Notes: a model not told the origin generated them from the sequence alone. DNA of 64,000 nt from Tabrizicola sp. (GCF_034366665.1 NZ_JAXMMF010000030.1:6016-70015), one strand, 5' to 3'; positions 37,920 through 48,707 are shown, numbered from the stretch's first letter. Numbers and translations: made by a program.

Positions 37920-38747
37920 TCAGACCGTGTCGATGCTGCGCTTGAAGGCCTCTGCCCAGTCCGGATGCCAGCGCGACAGGGCAGGGCGGTTCTCGATGAC
38001 ATCCCCTGCGGCCCAGGCGATGCGGCGTTCATCCAGCGGACGGCTGACGTCGTTGTCCGGGCACAGGATGTAGAAGTCCCCGCGGGCAAGGCTGTCCAGC
38101 ATGAAGCCAACGGCCTCGTCCGGCATCCAGGCCCCCGCAGGCTTTGGCGCACCAGAGGCCGCGGTCATCCCGGTGTGCACCCAGCCGGGGATCATCAGAT
38201 GGGCAGACACCTGCGACCCCGGCACGTTGCGCAATTCATGGGCCAGAAGCTCGGTATAGGCCTTCACCGCCGCTTTCGAGACGTTGTAGGCCGGATTGCC
38301 GGGCGGCAGGGTGATGCCCTGCTTGGACCCCGTGTTGATCACGACCGATGGCAGCCCATGCGCCAGCATCGCCGGAACAAGGGCCTGCGCCACTGTCAGG
38401 ATGCCGCCGAAGTTGACGGCAAGCGTGCGGTCCCAGGCCGCGCGGTCGCCAAGCGCCGTCGACGGAATGCCAAGACCGGCGTTGTTGAAGAGAAAGGTCA
38501 AAGGAGGCATCTCGGCCGCGATGGTCGCAGCGGCGGCGGCAACGGCCTGCGGGTTTGCGACATCGGCGGGAAAGGCCCGTGAGCCGGGCAGGGCCGCCGC
38601 GGCGTTCTCAAGCGCGGGGCCGGGCAGGTCGATCAGGGCAAGGGTCATGCCTTGGGCGGCAAGCGCCCTGGCCGCGGCAAGACCGATGCCCGATGCGGCC
38701 CCGGTGATCACGGCGGTACGGCCTTTGGCGATGGCGGGATGGGTCAT
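37920..38747 (-). CDS. short-chain dehydrogenase/reductase
   Basis: TGAASGIG, NNAG, YNVSK. Confidence 0.92.
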   Translation of the reverse strand: MTHPAIAKGRTAVITGAASGIGLAAARALAAQGMTLALIDLPGPALENAAAALPGSRAFPADVANPQAVAAAAATIAAEMPPLTFLFNNAGLGIPSTALGDRAAWDRTLAVNFGGILTVAQALVPAMLAHGLPSVVINTGSKQGITLPPGNPAYNVSKAAVKAYTELLAHELRNVPGSQVSAHLMIPGWVHTGMTAASGAPKPAGAWMPDEAVGFMLDSLARGDFYILCPDNDVSRPLDERRIAWAAGDVIENRPALSRWHPDWAEAFKRSIDTV

Positions 38748-38798
38748 GGGACTGCCTTTCTGACAGAGTGGGCTTTCTGCAAAGCGGAGCGGTATCGT

Positions 38799-39770
38799 CT
38801 ACTGGCTGACAGGAAGGCGCGGGACGTAGGGCGCCTCCAGCCGGGCAATCTGGTCTTCGGTCAGCACCAGGTCCAGCCCTGCCAGGATGTCGGCAAACTG
38901 CTCGGGCCGCGAATATCCGACGATGGGGGCCACGACGCCCGCTTTCTGCCGGACCCAGGCCAGGGCAACCTGGGCCATCGGGCGCCCGACCTCCTTGGCG
39001 ACGTCCTGCACCACGCCGATCACCGCAGCGTCTGCGGCCTCGGACCGGGCGAAAAGCATCTGACCATAGGCATCCGTCTGGGTCCGCGCCGTGGCAACGC
39101 CCGCGGGCCGCGCCAGCCGACCGCGACCGATGGGCGACCAGGGGATCAATCCCACGCCCTGATCCAGGCAAAGCGGGATCATCTCGCGGTCTTCTTCCCG
39201 GTAGATCAGGCTGATCTGGTTCTGCATGCTGATGAAGGGCGTCCAGCCGTTGGTTCGTGCCGCAGCTTGCATCTTGGCGAACTGCCAGGCGGACATGGTG
39301 GACGCGCCGATATAGCGGACCTTTCCCAGCCGGATCAGGTCATCCAGCGCCTGCATCGTCTCTTCGATCGGGGTGGTTGGGTCGAAGCGATGGATCTGGT
39401 AAAGGTCGACATAGTCGGTCTTCAGGCGCCCAAGGGACAGGTCGATCTGCCGCATGATCGCCCGCCGGGACAGGCCCTGATGATAAGGATCGACGTCGCC
39501 AAAGACCTTTGTCGCAAGGACGATCCGGTCGCGCGGGACAAGGGACCAGAGCGTCTCGCCCAGGATCTCTTCGGACGAGCCGTCGGAGTAGACATTGGCC
39601 GTGTCGAAGAAATCGACGCCCGCCTCGACCGCCTGCGCGATCAGCGGGCGTGATTCATCGGGCGGCAGGGTCCAGGGGTGACCGCCCCGCTGGGGTTCGC
39701 CGAAGGTCATGCAGCCGATGCAGATCTCGCTGACCCAGAGGCCCGACCGACCGACTTGCTTGCGTTGCAT
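38799..39770 (-). CDS. aldo/keto reductase
   Basis: 'FFDTANVYSDG.SE', 'LATK', 'DLYQIH', 'GKVRYIG', 'PWSP'. Confidence 0.93.
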   Translation of the reverse strand: MQRKQVGRSGLWVSEICIGCMTFGEPQRGGHPWTLPPDESRPLIAQAVEAGVDFFDTANVYSDGSSEEILGETLWSLVPRDRIVLATKVFGDVDPYHQGLSRRAIMRQIDLSLGRLKTDYVDLYQIHRFDPTTPIEETMQALDDLIRLGKVRYIGASTMSAWQFAKMQAAARTNGWTPFISMQNQISLIYREEDREMIPLCLDQGVGLIPWSPIGRGRLARPAGVATARTQTDAYGQMLFARSEAADAAVIGVVQDVAKEVGRPMAQVALAWVRQKAGVVAPIVGYSRPEQFADILAGLDLVLTEDQIARLEAPYVPRLPVSQ

Positions 39771-39895
39771 CGCCTGACCCTCTGTGCTGTTTGCCCCCCA
39801 TGCAACGCCTGCGCCTTGCCAGATGCAAGCGTCAAACGTCGTGTCACCGGCATCGCCCCGTCCACCGACCGCGCCGAAGCACGGGGCCGGGCAGG

Positions 39896-40741
39896 TCAGC
39901 CGCCGACCCGTCCCGAGGCCCCGAGGCTGCGGATCGCCGCGCGGCAGGCCAGAGTCACCGGGGCCTCGGTTTCCTGCAGGATCGCGATCCGGTCAAAGCG
40001 CGCGGGATCGCGCAGGACCGCCTCGTGCAGGGCCGCGCCGAAGGCCATCCGCAGCTCGGTGCCGATGTTGAACTTGGCAACGCGGCTGGTCGCGGCCAAG
40101 CGCGCGCGGTCGGCCGCGGGCACGCCAGACCCGCCGTGGATCACCAGCGCCACATCGGTCAGCGCTTCGATCGCGCGCAGGCGGGGCAGGTCCAGCCCGC
40201 CACCGGGTGTCTCTTGCAGATGCAGGTTGCCGACCGACACGGCCATCGCATCCACCCCGGTTTCCCGGGCAAAGCGCGCCGCCTCGGCCGGATCGGTCCC
40301 GGCCGAGGCCGCCCCCCCGGCATAACCGACAAAGCCGATCTCGCCCTCGCAGCTGACACCCGCGGCATGGGCCAGCTCGGCGACCGCAGCGGTCAGGTCG
40401 ATGTTTTCCTGCAAGGGCAGACGCGAGCCGTCGAACATCAGCGAGGTAAACCCCGCGTCCAGCGCCGCGCGGCAGTCGTCCAGCGAGGTGCCGTGGTCCA
40501 GATGCGCCACCACGGGCACGCTGGCCGCTTCGGCCAGATGGCGGAACATCTTGCCCAGGATCGGCAGCGGTGTGTGCGCGCGGCAGCCCGGCCCGGCCTG
40601 CAGGATGATCGGCGCGCGTTCCGCCTCGGCGGCGGCGACATAGGCGCGCATGTCCTCCCATCCCAGGCAGACAAGGCCGGGGACCGCATAGCCGTCCCGC
40701 AGCGCCGGGTGCAGGACCTCGGCCAGGGTCGCAAGCGTCAT
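39896..40741 (-). CDS. iolJ: class II aldolase (IolJ-like 6-phospho-5-dehydro-2-deoxygluconate aldolase)
   Basis: 'HLDHG', 'GFTSLMFDGS', 'EGEIG', 'VGNLH', 'IHGGSG', 'KFNIGT'; in the iol operon. Confidence 0.75.
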   Translation of the reverse strand: MTLATLAEVLHPALRDGYAVPGLVCLGWEDMRAYVAAAEAERAPIILQAGPGCRAHTPLPILGKMFRHLAEAASVPVVAHLDHGTSLDDCRAALDAGFTSLMFDGSRLPLQENIDLTAAVAELAHAAGVSCEGEIGFVGYAGGAASAGTDPAEAARFARETGVDAMAVSVGNLHLQETPGGGLDLPRLRAIEALTDVALVIHGGSGVPAADRARLAATSRVAKFNIGTELRMAFGAALHEAVLRDPARFDRIAILQETEAPVTLACRAAIRSLGASGRVGG

Positions 40742-41577
40742 TTGAACTTGGCCACCATGTCCATGATCCCCGGGATCGTGTGCAGCTGCGCTGCGTGCGT
40801 CGGCTGGAAATACTGCTTCAGGCTGCGCTGGCTTTGGCCGCCCAGGATGGTGAAGTAATACATCTCGTACCCCGGCAGCACGCAGCAGGGATGATAACCC
40901 TTGTCGATCAGCACGGTAGAGCGGTTCATGATGTGATAGGCATCCCCCGGCTCGTTATCGACCCGCTGCAGCATCTGCAGGCCGGACCCATAATCGGGCC
41001 GGAAGCGGAAGTTGTAGCATTCGTCGTGCCGGGTTTCGTCGGGCAGGCGGTCGGTGTCGTGCTTGTGGCTGGGAAAGCCCGACCAGCCCCCCGCGCCGAC
41101 GGTGTAAAGCTCGCTGACCAGCAGGCGCCCGACCCGGTCGTGATAGGCCGCCCCCAGGATATGCTTGATCTTCCGATGGGTCTTGGTGTCGTCAGAGCCG
41201 TATTGCACCTTGTCGATCTGGTCCGCGCGCACGGCAAAGGGCTTCAGCGTTTCGGCGAACTTTGCGCCTGCGATGAAGACCTCGGTATCGGTCAGCGCGG
41301 TGATCCGCGCGCCGGTGTCCTGCGGGACATAGACGCCCTCAGGCTCGCCGTCCCAGACGTCAACCCCCCGGTTGCCAATGCCCGCAAAGGTCTCACCCGC
41401 GGTTTCCACCGTCACCGTGCCGGTGGCGGGGACGACGCAGGTCTCGTAGCCGGGGGTGCGATAGTCGAAGGTCGCGCCCGCCTTGAGGTGGACGATGTTG
41501 AAGTAGACGTAAGGCACCAGCGGGTGCTCCATGTCGACGATGGGCTGGTTCCGGTTGTCATGGGGGGCGATGTGCAT
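40738..41577 (-). CDS. iolB: 5-deoxy-glucuronate isomerase
   Basis: 'LLVSE...GGWSGFPSHKHD', 'KGYHP', KduI/IolB family; start MHIAP at 41577. Confidence 0.9.
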   Translation of the reverse strand: MHIAPHDNRNQPIVDMEHPLVPYVYFNIVHLKAGATFDYRTPGYETCVVPATGTVTVETAGETFAGIGNRGVDVWDGEPEGVYVPQDTGARITALTDTEVFIAGAKFAETLKPFAVRADQIDKVQYGSDDTKTHRKIKHILGAAYHDRVGRLLVSELYTVGAGGWSGFPSHKHDTDRLPDETRHDECYNFRFRPDYGSGLQMLQRVDNEPGDAYHIMNRSTVLIDKGYHPCCVLPGYEMYYFTILGGQSQRSLKQYFQPTHAAQLHTIPGIMDMVAKFK

Positions 41578-41587
41578 GGGGGTCCCT

Positions 41588-42565
41588 TTATGCGGTCGGG
41601 CCGGGGTGTTGGCCAAGGAAGGCGTCAAGCTCGGCATGGGTCGGCATGGCCGGGGCGCAGCCGACGCGGGCCACGACCATCGCCGCGGCGGCCGAGCCGC
41701 GCAGGACCGCATCCCGGACCGGCAGACCCTGGCCCAAGCCCGCGATGAAGCTTCCCAGAAAACTGTCGCCCGCGCCAGTGGGTTTCAGCGCCTGCGTAGG
41801 GTAGATGCCGGTGGAGAACTCGGCTTCGCGGGTGATCGTGACCGCGCCCTTTTCGCCCATCTTGTAGACGACGATCTGCGCGCCGTCCGCGATCAGGCTG
41901 CGCGCCTTGTCGAGGCCAAGGTCGGACCTGCCCGCCATGAAGCCGAACTCGACATCATTGCCGACGATGATGTCACACACTGCACCAGCCCGCGAGTAAA
42001 CCTCGGACGCGACGGCGGCAGAGGGCCAGGAATAGGGGCGGTAATCGACGTCAAAGATCAGCGGCAGCCCGGCGGCGCGGGCCAGGTCGAAGGCGCGGAA
42101 CGCCGCACTGCGCGAGGGTTCCGCCGCCAACACCGTGCCAGTGGTGATCAGCGCCGAGAAGGCCGAGTACTCCACCGCTTCGACATCCTGGACCGTCATG
42201 GCAAAGTCGGCGGCGTTGTTGCGGTAGATGACGGATTGGCAGTCCTGAACCCGCGTCTCGACCACGGCCAGCGAATTGCGCGGCTCGCCCGCAACGGCGC
42301 GGACATGGGTGCGGTCGATGCCGTAGGCGTCCAGCTGCGCCAGGCAGAAGCGCCCCACGGCGTCGTCGGAGACACAGGTCAGCAGCGCCGCGCGGCAGTC
42401 CTGTCGGGTCAGCGCGACGGCGATGTTGGCCGACGACCCGCCAAGCGCGGTGGTGAAGCGGGTGGCCTCCTCGATCCGCGTGCCGGGGGGATCGGCGTAA
42501 AGGTCCATGCCCGCCCGCCCGATCACCAGAAAGGTCCGCCCCTGCAGGCGCGCAAGATCGGCCAT
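41588..42565 (-). CDS. iolC: 5-dehydro-2-deoxygluconokinase (PfkB)
   Basis: 'IGRAGMDLY', 'GGSSANIA', 'FDVDYRP', 'GAGDSF'. Confidence 0.9.
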   Translation of the reverse strand: MADLARLQGRTFLVIGRAGMDLYADPPGTRIEEATRFTTALGGSSANIAVALTRQDCRAALLTCVSDDAVGRFCLAQLDAYGIDRTHVRAVAGEPRNSLAVVETRVQDCQSVIYRNNAADFAMTVQDVEAVEYSAFSALITTGTVLAAEPSRSAAFRAFDLARAAGLPLIFDVDYRPYSWPSAAVASEVYSRAGAVCDIIVGNDVEFGFMAGRSDLGLDKARSLIADGAQIVVYKMGEKGAVTITREAEFSTGIYPTQALKPTGAGDSFLGSFIAGLGQGLPVRDAVLRGSAAAAMVVARVGCAPAMPTHAELDAFLGQHPGPTA

Positions 42566-44448
42566 CAGACGCCCCGCCTTTGACCAGAGCGGCCCACTTC
42601 CACCTCGGCATGCTTGGCGCGGACGGTGTCGCTGGCCGAGACCTCGGCGGTGCCGATCTCCCACCAGGCGTGACCTTGCGTGGTCCAGCCCTCATAGGGG
42701 TCGACCTGCATGACGATGACGCTGGTCTTCGTCGCCGCCTTGGCGCGCTGGAACGCCTCGGCCAGTGCGGCAGGGTTGGCGACCGTCTCGGCATTCGCGC
42801 CCATCGCGCGGGCATGGGCCTCGAAATCCACGGCGAAGGGATCGGCCACCGTGGGGCAATCGGCGATCAGGTTGTTGAAACTGGCCTGCCCGGTGTTGTT
42901 CTGCAGCTTGTTGATCACCGCAAAACCCCCGTTGTCCAGCACAAGGACGATCAGCTTTTTCCCTGTCAGAACAGAAGAATAGATGTCGGAGTTCATCAGA
43001 AGATAGCTGCCGTCGCCGACGAACACGATGGTATCGCGGTCCGCCTCGCCCTCGGACTGAGCGATCCGGGCGCCCCAGCCCCCGGCGATCTCATACCCCA
43101 TGCAGGAAAACCCGAACTCCACGTCCACCGTGCCGATCCCAAGGGTGCGCCAGTTGGCCGTGACTTCGGCGGGCAGGCCCCCCGCCGCCGTCACAACCCG
43201 GTCGCGGGGGTGGCACAGCGCATTCACCACGCCGATGGCCTGGGCATAAGAGTTCGGACGGTTCCCATGCGCGACGTTCCCGGCGACATAAGCGTCCCAG
43301 GCCTTCCGCTCCCCTTGCGCGCGGCTGACCCAGTCGGACGGGGCGCTATGGCCCGCCAGCTCTGCCCCGAGCGCCAGCAGCCCCAGCTTTGCGTCGCCGA
43401 CCACGGGCAGCGACAGGTGCTTGGCCGCGTCATGCCGCCCGGCGTTCAGCCCGATCAGCCGCGCGTCAGGGGCAAACACCGTCCAGGACCCGGTGGTGAA
43501 ATCCTGTAGCCGCGTGCCGACGGCCAGCACGACATCCGCCGCCCCCGCGATGGTGTTGGCGCTGTCCGATCCGGTGATACCAAGGGGGCCGATGTTCAGC
43601 GGATGGTCGGCCAAGAGGTTCGCCCGCCCGGCGATGGTTTCCACGACGGGAATCCCATGCGCCTCGGCAAAGGCGGTCAGTTCGGCGACCGCGCCAGAGT
43701 ATTGGACACCTCCGCCCGCAACGATCACCGGGCGCTGGGCAGCGCGCAACAGGGCGGCGGCCTCGGCGATCTCCAGCACGTCAGGCGACTGGCGGCGGAT
43801 GCGGTGGATGCGTTTGGCGAAGAACGCCACCGGATAGTCGTAGGCCCAGCCTTGCACATCCTGCGGCAGGCCCAGGAAGGCCGGTCCGCAGTCGGCGGGG
43901 TCCAGCAGGGTCGCCAATGCCGCGGGCAGCGATTGCAGGATCTGCGCTGGGTGGGTGATCCGGTCCCAGAAGCGGCTGACGGCCTTGAAGGCGTCGTTCA
44001 CCCCAAGGGTCGGATTGCCGAAATGCTCCAGCTGTTGCAGCACCGGATCGGGCAGGCGGGTCAGGAAGGTGTCACCACACAGCAGCAGCATCGGCAGCCG
44101 GTTGGCGTGGGCCAGCGCGGCAGCCGTCAAAAGGTTTGCCGTCCCCGGCCCGGCGCTGGCGGTGCAGAACATGAAGCGGCGGCGCAGGTGGTATTTGGCA
44201 TAGGCCGCCGCGGCAAAGCCCATGCTTTGTTCGTTCTGGCCCCGGTAAAGCGGCAGCTCTTGGTGGACGGGATACAGCGCCTCACCCAGGCAGGGCACGT
44301 TGCCGTGGCCAAAGATGCCGAAGCCGCCGCCGCAGATCCGCGTCTCAACCCCGTCGATCAGGGTGTATTGCGCCATCAACCAGCGTACGATCGCCTGTGC
44401 CACGGTCAGCCGGATCGTCTCGCCCAGCCCGCTACCAGAGTGCGTCAT
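42565..44448 (-). CDS. iolD: 3D-(3,5/4)-trihydroxycyclohexane-1,2-dione acylhydrolase
   Basis: 'IRLTVAQA', 'GIFGHGN', 'NEQSM', 'PDPVLQQ', 'GFSCMGYE', ThDP motif 'GDGS...DNGG'. Confidence 0.95.
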   Translation of the reverse strand: MTHSGSGLGETIRLTVAQAIVRWLMAQYTLIDGVETRICGGGFGIFGHGNVPCLGEALYPVHQELPLYRGQNEQSMGFAAAAYAKYHLRRRFMFCTASAGPGTANLLTAAALAHANRLPMLLLCGDTFLTRLPDPVLQQLEHFGNPTLGVNDAFKAVSRFWDRITHPAQILQSLPAALATLLDPADCGPAFLGLPQDVQGWAYDYPVAFFAKRIHRIRRQSPDVLEIAEAAALLRAAQRPVIVAGGGVQYSGAVAELTAFAEAHGIPVVETIAGRANLLADHPLNIGPLGITGSDSANTIAGAADVVLAVGTRLQDFTTGSWTVFAPDARLIGLNAGRHDAAKHLSLPVVGDAKLGLLALGAELAGHSAPSDWVSRAQGERKAWDAYVAGNVAHGNRPNSYAQAIGVVNALCHPRDRVVTAAGGLPAEVTANWRTLGIGTVDVEFGFSCMGYEIAGGWGARIAQSEGEADRDTIVFVGDGSYLLMNSDIYSSVLTGKKLIVLVLDNGGFAVINKLQNNTGQASFNNLIADCPTVADPFAVDFEAHARAMGANAETVANPAALAEAFQRAKAATKTSVIVMQVDPYEGWTTQGHAWWEIGTAEVSASDTVRAKHAEVEVGRSGQRRGV

Positions 44449-44515
44449 CCTGTGTCTCCTCCTCCGCAGGTATCCAAACGGGACTTGCGCGGCTATTGCA
44501 GTGAGGATACAACTT

Positions 44516-44531
44516 TTGCAACCGGTTGCAA
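44516..44531. promoter_or_regulatory. LacI-type operator TTGCAACCGGTTGCAA
   Basis: Perfect 16-bp palindrome in the divergent iol promoter. Confidence 0.75.
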
Positions 44532-44557
44532 TACTGGTGAACGGGGGAGGGTGCAGC

Positions 44558-45673
44558 GTGACGGACATCGGGATCGGGCTGGTCGGGGGTGGCTACATGG
44601 GCAAGGCGCATGCCGTGGCCCTGTCGGCTGTCGGCGCCGTCTTCGACACGCCCCTGCGGCCCCGATTGGAGGTCATTGCGGCCACCAATCCTGACAGTGC
44701 GGAACGCTACCGCAAGGCCTACGGCTTTGCCCGGGGGACAGCCGACTGGCGCGATCTGGTGGCCGATCCGAAGGTGCAGGCAGTGGTCATCGCCTCGCCC
44801 CAGTCCACCCACCGCGCGATTGCCGAAGCGGCCTTTGCGGCCGGAAAGCCGGTCTTCTGCGAAAAGCCGCTGGGGGCTTCGTTGCAGGACGCCCGGGCGA
44901 TGGTCGCGGCGGCCGAGGCGTCGGGTCTGCCGAACATGATCGGCTTCAACTATGTGCGCACGCCGGCCACCCAGTTCGTGCGACAGCTTCTGGCCGAGGG
45001 TGCCATCGGCCAGATCACCTGGTTCCGCGGCGAACATACCGAGGATTTCCTGGCCGACCCCGCGATGCCTGCGACCTGGCGCACCGAAGGGCGGGCCAAT
45101 GGCTGCATGGGCGACCTTGCCCCGCATCCGGTCAACTGCATGCTGGCACTGATGGGCCCGGTGGCCGAGCTTTCCGCCCGGATCGAGACGGTCCATGCCA
45201 CCCGCCCCGGCCCGAACGGCCCGGTGGCGGTGACAAATGACGACCAGGCGCAACTGATGTTGCGATTTGCCAGTGGGGTCATGGGGCATCTCTTCATCAG
45301 CCGCGTCGCCACGGGCCGGAAGATGGGCTATGCCTATGAAATTCATGGCACAAAGGGGTCCATCCGCTTTGACCAGGAAGACCAGAACGCCGTCCACCTT
45401 TATCGCGCCGAGGGGCCAGAGGCGACGCGCGGCTTCACCCGCATCCTGACCGGGCCGCAGCATCCCGACTATCTGGCCTTCTGCCAGGGTCCGGGCCACG
45501 GCACCGGCTACCAGGATCAGATCATCATCGAGGCGAAGGACTTCCTGACCGCCATCGCCACCGGCCAACCGGTCTGGCCCACATTCCGCGACGGCCTTTC
45601 CGTCAGTCAGATCATCGACACCGCCTTCCAGGCATCGGACGACGGCCGCTGGCACGCCGTCCCCCAGACGTGA
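44558..45673 (+). CDS. Gfo/Idh/MocA oxidoreductase (inositol dehydrogenase-like)
   Basis: GLVGGGYMG Rossmann, 'FCEKP', 'GDLAPH'; GTG start. Confidence 0.88.
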   Translation: MTDIGIGLVGGGYMGKAHAVALSAVGAVFDTPLRPRLEVIAATNPDSAERYRKAYGFARGTADWRDLVADPKVQAVVIASPQSTHRAIAEAAFAAGKPVFCEKPLGASLQDARAMVAAAEASGLPNMIGFNYVRTPATQFVRQLLAEGAIGQITWFRGEHTEDFLADPAMPATWRTEGRANGCMGDLAPHPVNCMLALMGPVAELSARIETVHATRPGPNGPVAVTNDDQAQLMLRFASGVMGHLFISRVATGRKMGYAYEIHGTKGSIRFDQEDQNAVHLYRAEGPEATRGFTRILTGPQHPDYLAFCQGPGHGTGYQDQIIIEAKDFLTAIATGQPVWPTFRDGLSVSQIIDTAFQASDDGRWHAVPQT

Positions 45674-45680
45674 GGACCTC

Positions 45681-46571
45681 ATGACCATCCGTATCGGCAA
45701 TGCGCCCTGCTCCTGGGGCGTGGAATTCGCGGGCGACCCGCGCAACCCGACCTGGCAGTCGGTCCTCTCTGACTGCGCAGCGGCGGGCTACAAGGGGATC
45801 GAGCTTGGCCCCATCGGCTTCATGCCCGAAGACCCCGCGATCCTGGGCGCGGCCCTGGCCGAAAACGGGCTGGAGCTGATCGGCGGCGTGGTCTTCCGCC
45901 CCTTCCACGACCCGGCGAAATGGGACGAGGTCTGGGATGCCTCAATCCGCACCTGCAAGGCGCTGACCGCGCACGGGGCGCAGCATCTGGTGCTGATCGA
46001 CAGCATCTCGCCCCGCCGCGCGCCGACTGCGGGCCGGGCCGACGCGGCCGAACAGATGGACCGCGCCGAATGGACCGCCTTCCGCGACCGCATCGCCACC
46101 GTGGCGAAGCTGGGGGCCGAAGAGTATGGCCTGACCGTCGGCATCCACGCCCATGCCGCAGGCTTCATCGACTTTGAGCCAGAGCTGGAGCGTCTCTTGG
46201 ACGAGGTCGATGAAAAGATCCTGAAGATCTGCTTCGACACCGGCCACCATTCCTATGCGGGCTTCGACCCGGTGGCTTTCATGCGCCGCCACATCGGTCG
46301 GATTTCATACATGCATTTCAAGGACATCGACCCGAAAGTCAAAGCTGACGTGATCGCCAAATCCACCGGCTTCTACGACGCTTGCGGCCAGGGCATCTTC
46401 TGCAACCTTGGGACCGGAGACGTCGACTTTCCGGCTGTCCGCCAGATCCTGCTTGACGCAGGCTTCCAAGGCTGGTGCACCGTCGAGCAGGACTGCGACC
46501 CGACGCTGGACGTACATCCCATCGACGACGCGCGCAAGAACCGCGCCTATCTGCAATCCATCGGCTTCTGA
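45681..46571 (+). CDS. iolE: myo-inosose-2 dehydratase family TIM-barrel protein
   Basis: 'IGNAPCSWGVE', 'GIELGP', 'DTGH', 'HFKD', 'VEQD'. Confidence 0.8.
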   Translation: MTIRIGNAPCSWGVEFAGDPRNPTWQSVLSDCAAAGYKGIELGPIGFMPEDPAILGAALAENGLELIGGVVFRPFHDPAKWDEVWDASIRTCKALTAHGAQHLVLIDSISPRRAPTAGRADAAEQMDRAEWTAFRDRIATVAKLGAEEYGLTVGIHAHAAGFIDFEPELERLLDEVDEKILKICFDTGHHSYAGFDPVAFMRRHIGRISYMHFKDIDPKVKADVIAKSTGFYDACGQGIFCNLGTGDVDFPAVRQILLDAGFQGWCTVEQDCDPTLDVHPIDDARKNRAYLQSIGF

Positions 46572-46578
46572 GGGTATC

Positions 46579-47712
46579 ATGGCAAAACTGAACTGGGGCA
46601 TGATCGGCGGGGGCGAAGGCAGCCAGATCGGCCCGGCCCACCGTCTGGGCGCTTTGGCAGACGGACACTTCAACCTTGTGGCAGGCGCGCTGGATCACCG
46701 GGCCGACGTGGGCCGCGACTATGCGCAGCGCCTCGGCGTCGCCGCCGACCGCGCCTATGGCGACTGGGAAGAGATGCTGGCGGGCGAGAAGAACCGCCCC
46801 GACCGCTGCGACCTGGTGACCGTGGCCACCCCGAACTCCACCCATTTCCAGATCACCAAGGCTTTCCTTGAGGCTGGCTTCAACGTCCTGTGCGAAAAGC
46901 CCATGACCGTGACCGTGGAAGAGGGCGAAGAGATCGTCCGCATCGCCGCCAGGACCGGAAAGATCTGCGCGGTGAACTACTGCTATTCGGCCTATCCGAT
47001 GGTCCGCCAGGCCCGAGCGATGGTGAGGAACGGCGACATCGGCAAGGTCCGCCTTGTCGTCACCAACTTCAGCCACGGCCACCACGGCGATGCGACGGAC
47101 GCCGACAACCCCCGCGTCCGCTGGCGCTATGACCCGGCAATGGCGGGTGTGTCCGGCCAGTTCGCCGACTGCGGCATCCATGCCCTCCACATGGCCAGCT
47201 TCATCTGCGACGACGAGGTGGAAAAGCTGAGCGCCGACTTCGCCTCGACCATCGCCTCCCGCCAGTTGGAAGACGACGCGATGGTCAACTTCCGGATGTC
47301 GAAGGGCACCGTGGGCCGCCTCTGGACCTCGTCCGTCGCCATCGGGCGGCAGCATGGGTTCGACATTCAGGTCTTCGGTGAAACCGGCGGCTTCCGCTGG
47401 GCCTCGGAACAGCCCAACCAGCTGATCTACACCCCGGTCGGCGGGCGCACCCAGATCATTGAAAAGGGCGAGGGCGGGCTTTACGACGACGCCACGCGGT
47501 TAAGCCGCGTCGCCATCGCCCACCCCGAAGGCTTCCCGCTGGCCGTGGCCAACATCTACTGCGACCTGGCCGATGCCATCCGCGGCGAGCATCGCGACGG
47601 GTTGCCGACGGCCCCCAGCGGACTTCGGTCGATGGCGGCGGTCCACACCGCCGTCGCCTCGGCCAAGGCCGGTGGCGCCTGGATGGACGCCCGCCCGCCG
47701 ATGTTCCGCTAG
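46579..47712 (+). CDS. Gfo/Idh/MocA oxidoreductase
   Basis: 'GMIGGGEGSQIG', 'TPNSTH', 'CEKP', 'DCGIH'. Confidence 0.88.
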   Translation: MAKLNWGMIGGGEGSQIGPAHRLGALADGHFNLVAGALDHRADVGRDYAQRLGVAADRAYGDWEEMLAGEKNRPDRCDLVTVATPNSTHFQITKAFLEAGFNVLCEKPMTVTVEEGEEIVRIAARTGKICAVNYCYSAYPMVRQARAMVRNGDIGKVRLVVTNFSHGHHGDATDADNPRVRWRYDPAMAGVSGQFADCGIHALHMASFICDDEVEKLSADFASTIASRQLEDDAMVNFRMSKGTVGRLWTSSVAIGRQHGFDIQVFGETGGFRWASEQPNQLIYTPVGGRTQIIEKGEGGLYDDATRLSRVAIAHPEGFPLAVANIYCDLADAIRGEHRDGLPTAPSGLRSMAAVHTAVASAKAGGAWMDARPPMFR

Positions 47713-48707
47713 GGCAGGGCGCGCAGGGTCTGCCGCTCGACCACACGGCAGGGGAACAGGCGGGTCTCGGGCTGGCGCTCGGGGTCCTCGATGGTGGAAA
47801 CCACCAGCTCGATGGCCGCGTCGATGATCTGGGCGACGGGCTGGCGGATGGTCGTCAGCCCGATCACCTGCCAGCGCGCCATTTCCATGTCGTTCAGCCC
47901 GATAAGGCCGATGTCGGCGGGGACCGACAGCCCCGCATCCTGAATGGCGCTTAGCGCCCCGACGGCAAGAAGGTCGTCGCCACAGAAATAGGCCTCGGCC
48001 GGGGTGTCGGCCAACAGCCGCTGCATCTCGGCCCGCCCGGCGTCGAACGTATAGTCGGCGGCATAGCTTGCCGTCACGCTGACCTCGGGATGGACGGCCA
48101 GCGCGCCTAGAAACCCCGCCACGCGGTCCTGGGTCGAGGTGGCCGTCCGCGGCCCCCCCAGAAACCCCACGCGCCGGTAGCCGCGTTGGACCAGCGCATC
48201 CGCCGCCATTCGCCCGCAGGCCACGTTGTCGATCCCCACCACCGGAACGTCCGGCGCCGTGGCATAGCGCCCGAAGGCATGCACGACCGGCAAGCCCGCC
48301 GCCTTGAACGCCAGCGCAAAGCTGGAGGGCAGGGTCGAGGATGCAACGATCACCCCGTCCACCGAATACTGCCGCAACATCCGGACCGAGGCCGCAGGGT
48401 CGGTCGCGTCGCTCAGGTTGACCAGAAGCGGCCGCAGCCCCCGGTCCTGCAGGCCGCGGGTGAAAAGGTCGAACACCTCCAGGATCAGCGGGTTGTGGAA
48501 GTTGTTGGCCACAAGCCCGATCAGCTTGGTGCGCCCCGTCGTCAGGCTGGAGGCAAGCGCATTCGGCGCATAGCCCAGCTCGCTTGCCGCCTTTTCCACC
48601 TTGGTCCGGGTCTTGGCCGAGACCGACGCCCCATCGGTAAAGGTACGTGACACCGCCGACCGGGAAACCCCGGCCCGCTCTGCCACCTCTTTCAACGTCA
48701 CGCCCAT
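47709..48707 (-). CDS. LacI family transcriptional regulator (probable iol repressor)
   Basis: 'VTLKEVAERAGVSRSAVSR', 'GYAPNALA', 'LTTIRQP'. Confidence 0.93.
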   Translation of the reverse strand: MGVTLKEVAERAGVSRSAVSRTFTDGASVSAKTRTKVEKAASELGYAPNALASSLTTGRTKLIGLVANNFHNPLILEVFDLFTRGLQDRGLRPLLVNLSDATDPAASVRMLRQYSVDGVIVASSTLPSSFALAFKAAGLPVVHAFGRYATAPDVPVVGIDNVACGRMAADALVQRGYRRVGFLGGPRTATSTQDRVAGFLGALAVHPEVSVTASYAADYTFDAGRAEMQRLLADTPAEAYFCGDDLLAVGALSAIQDAGLSVPADIGLIGLNDMEMARWQVIGLTTIRQPVAQIIDAAIELVVSTIEDPERQPETRLFPCRVVERQTLRALP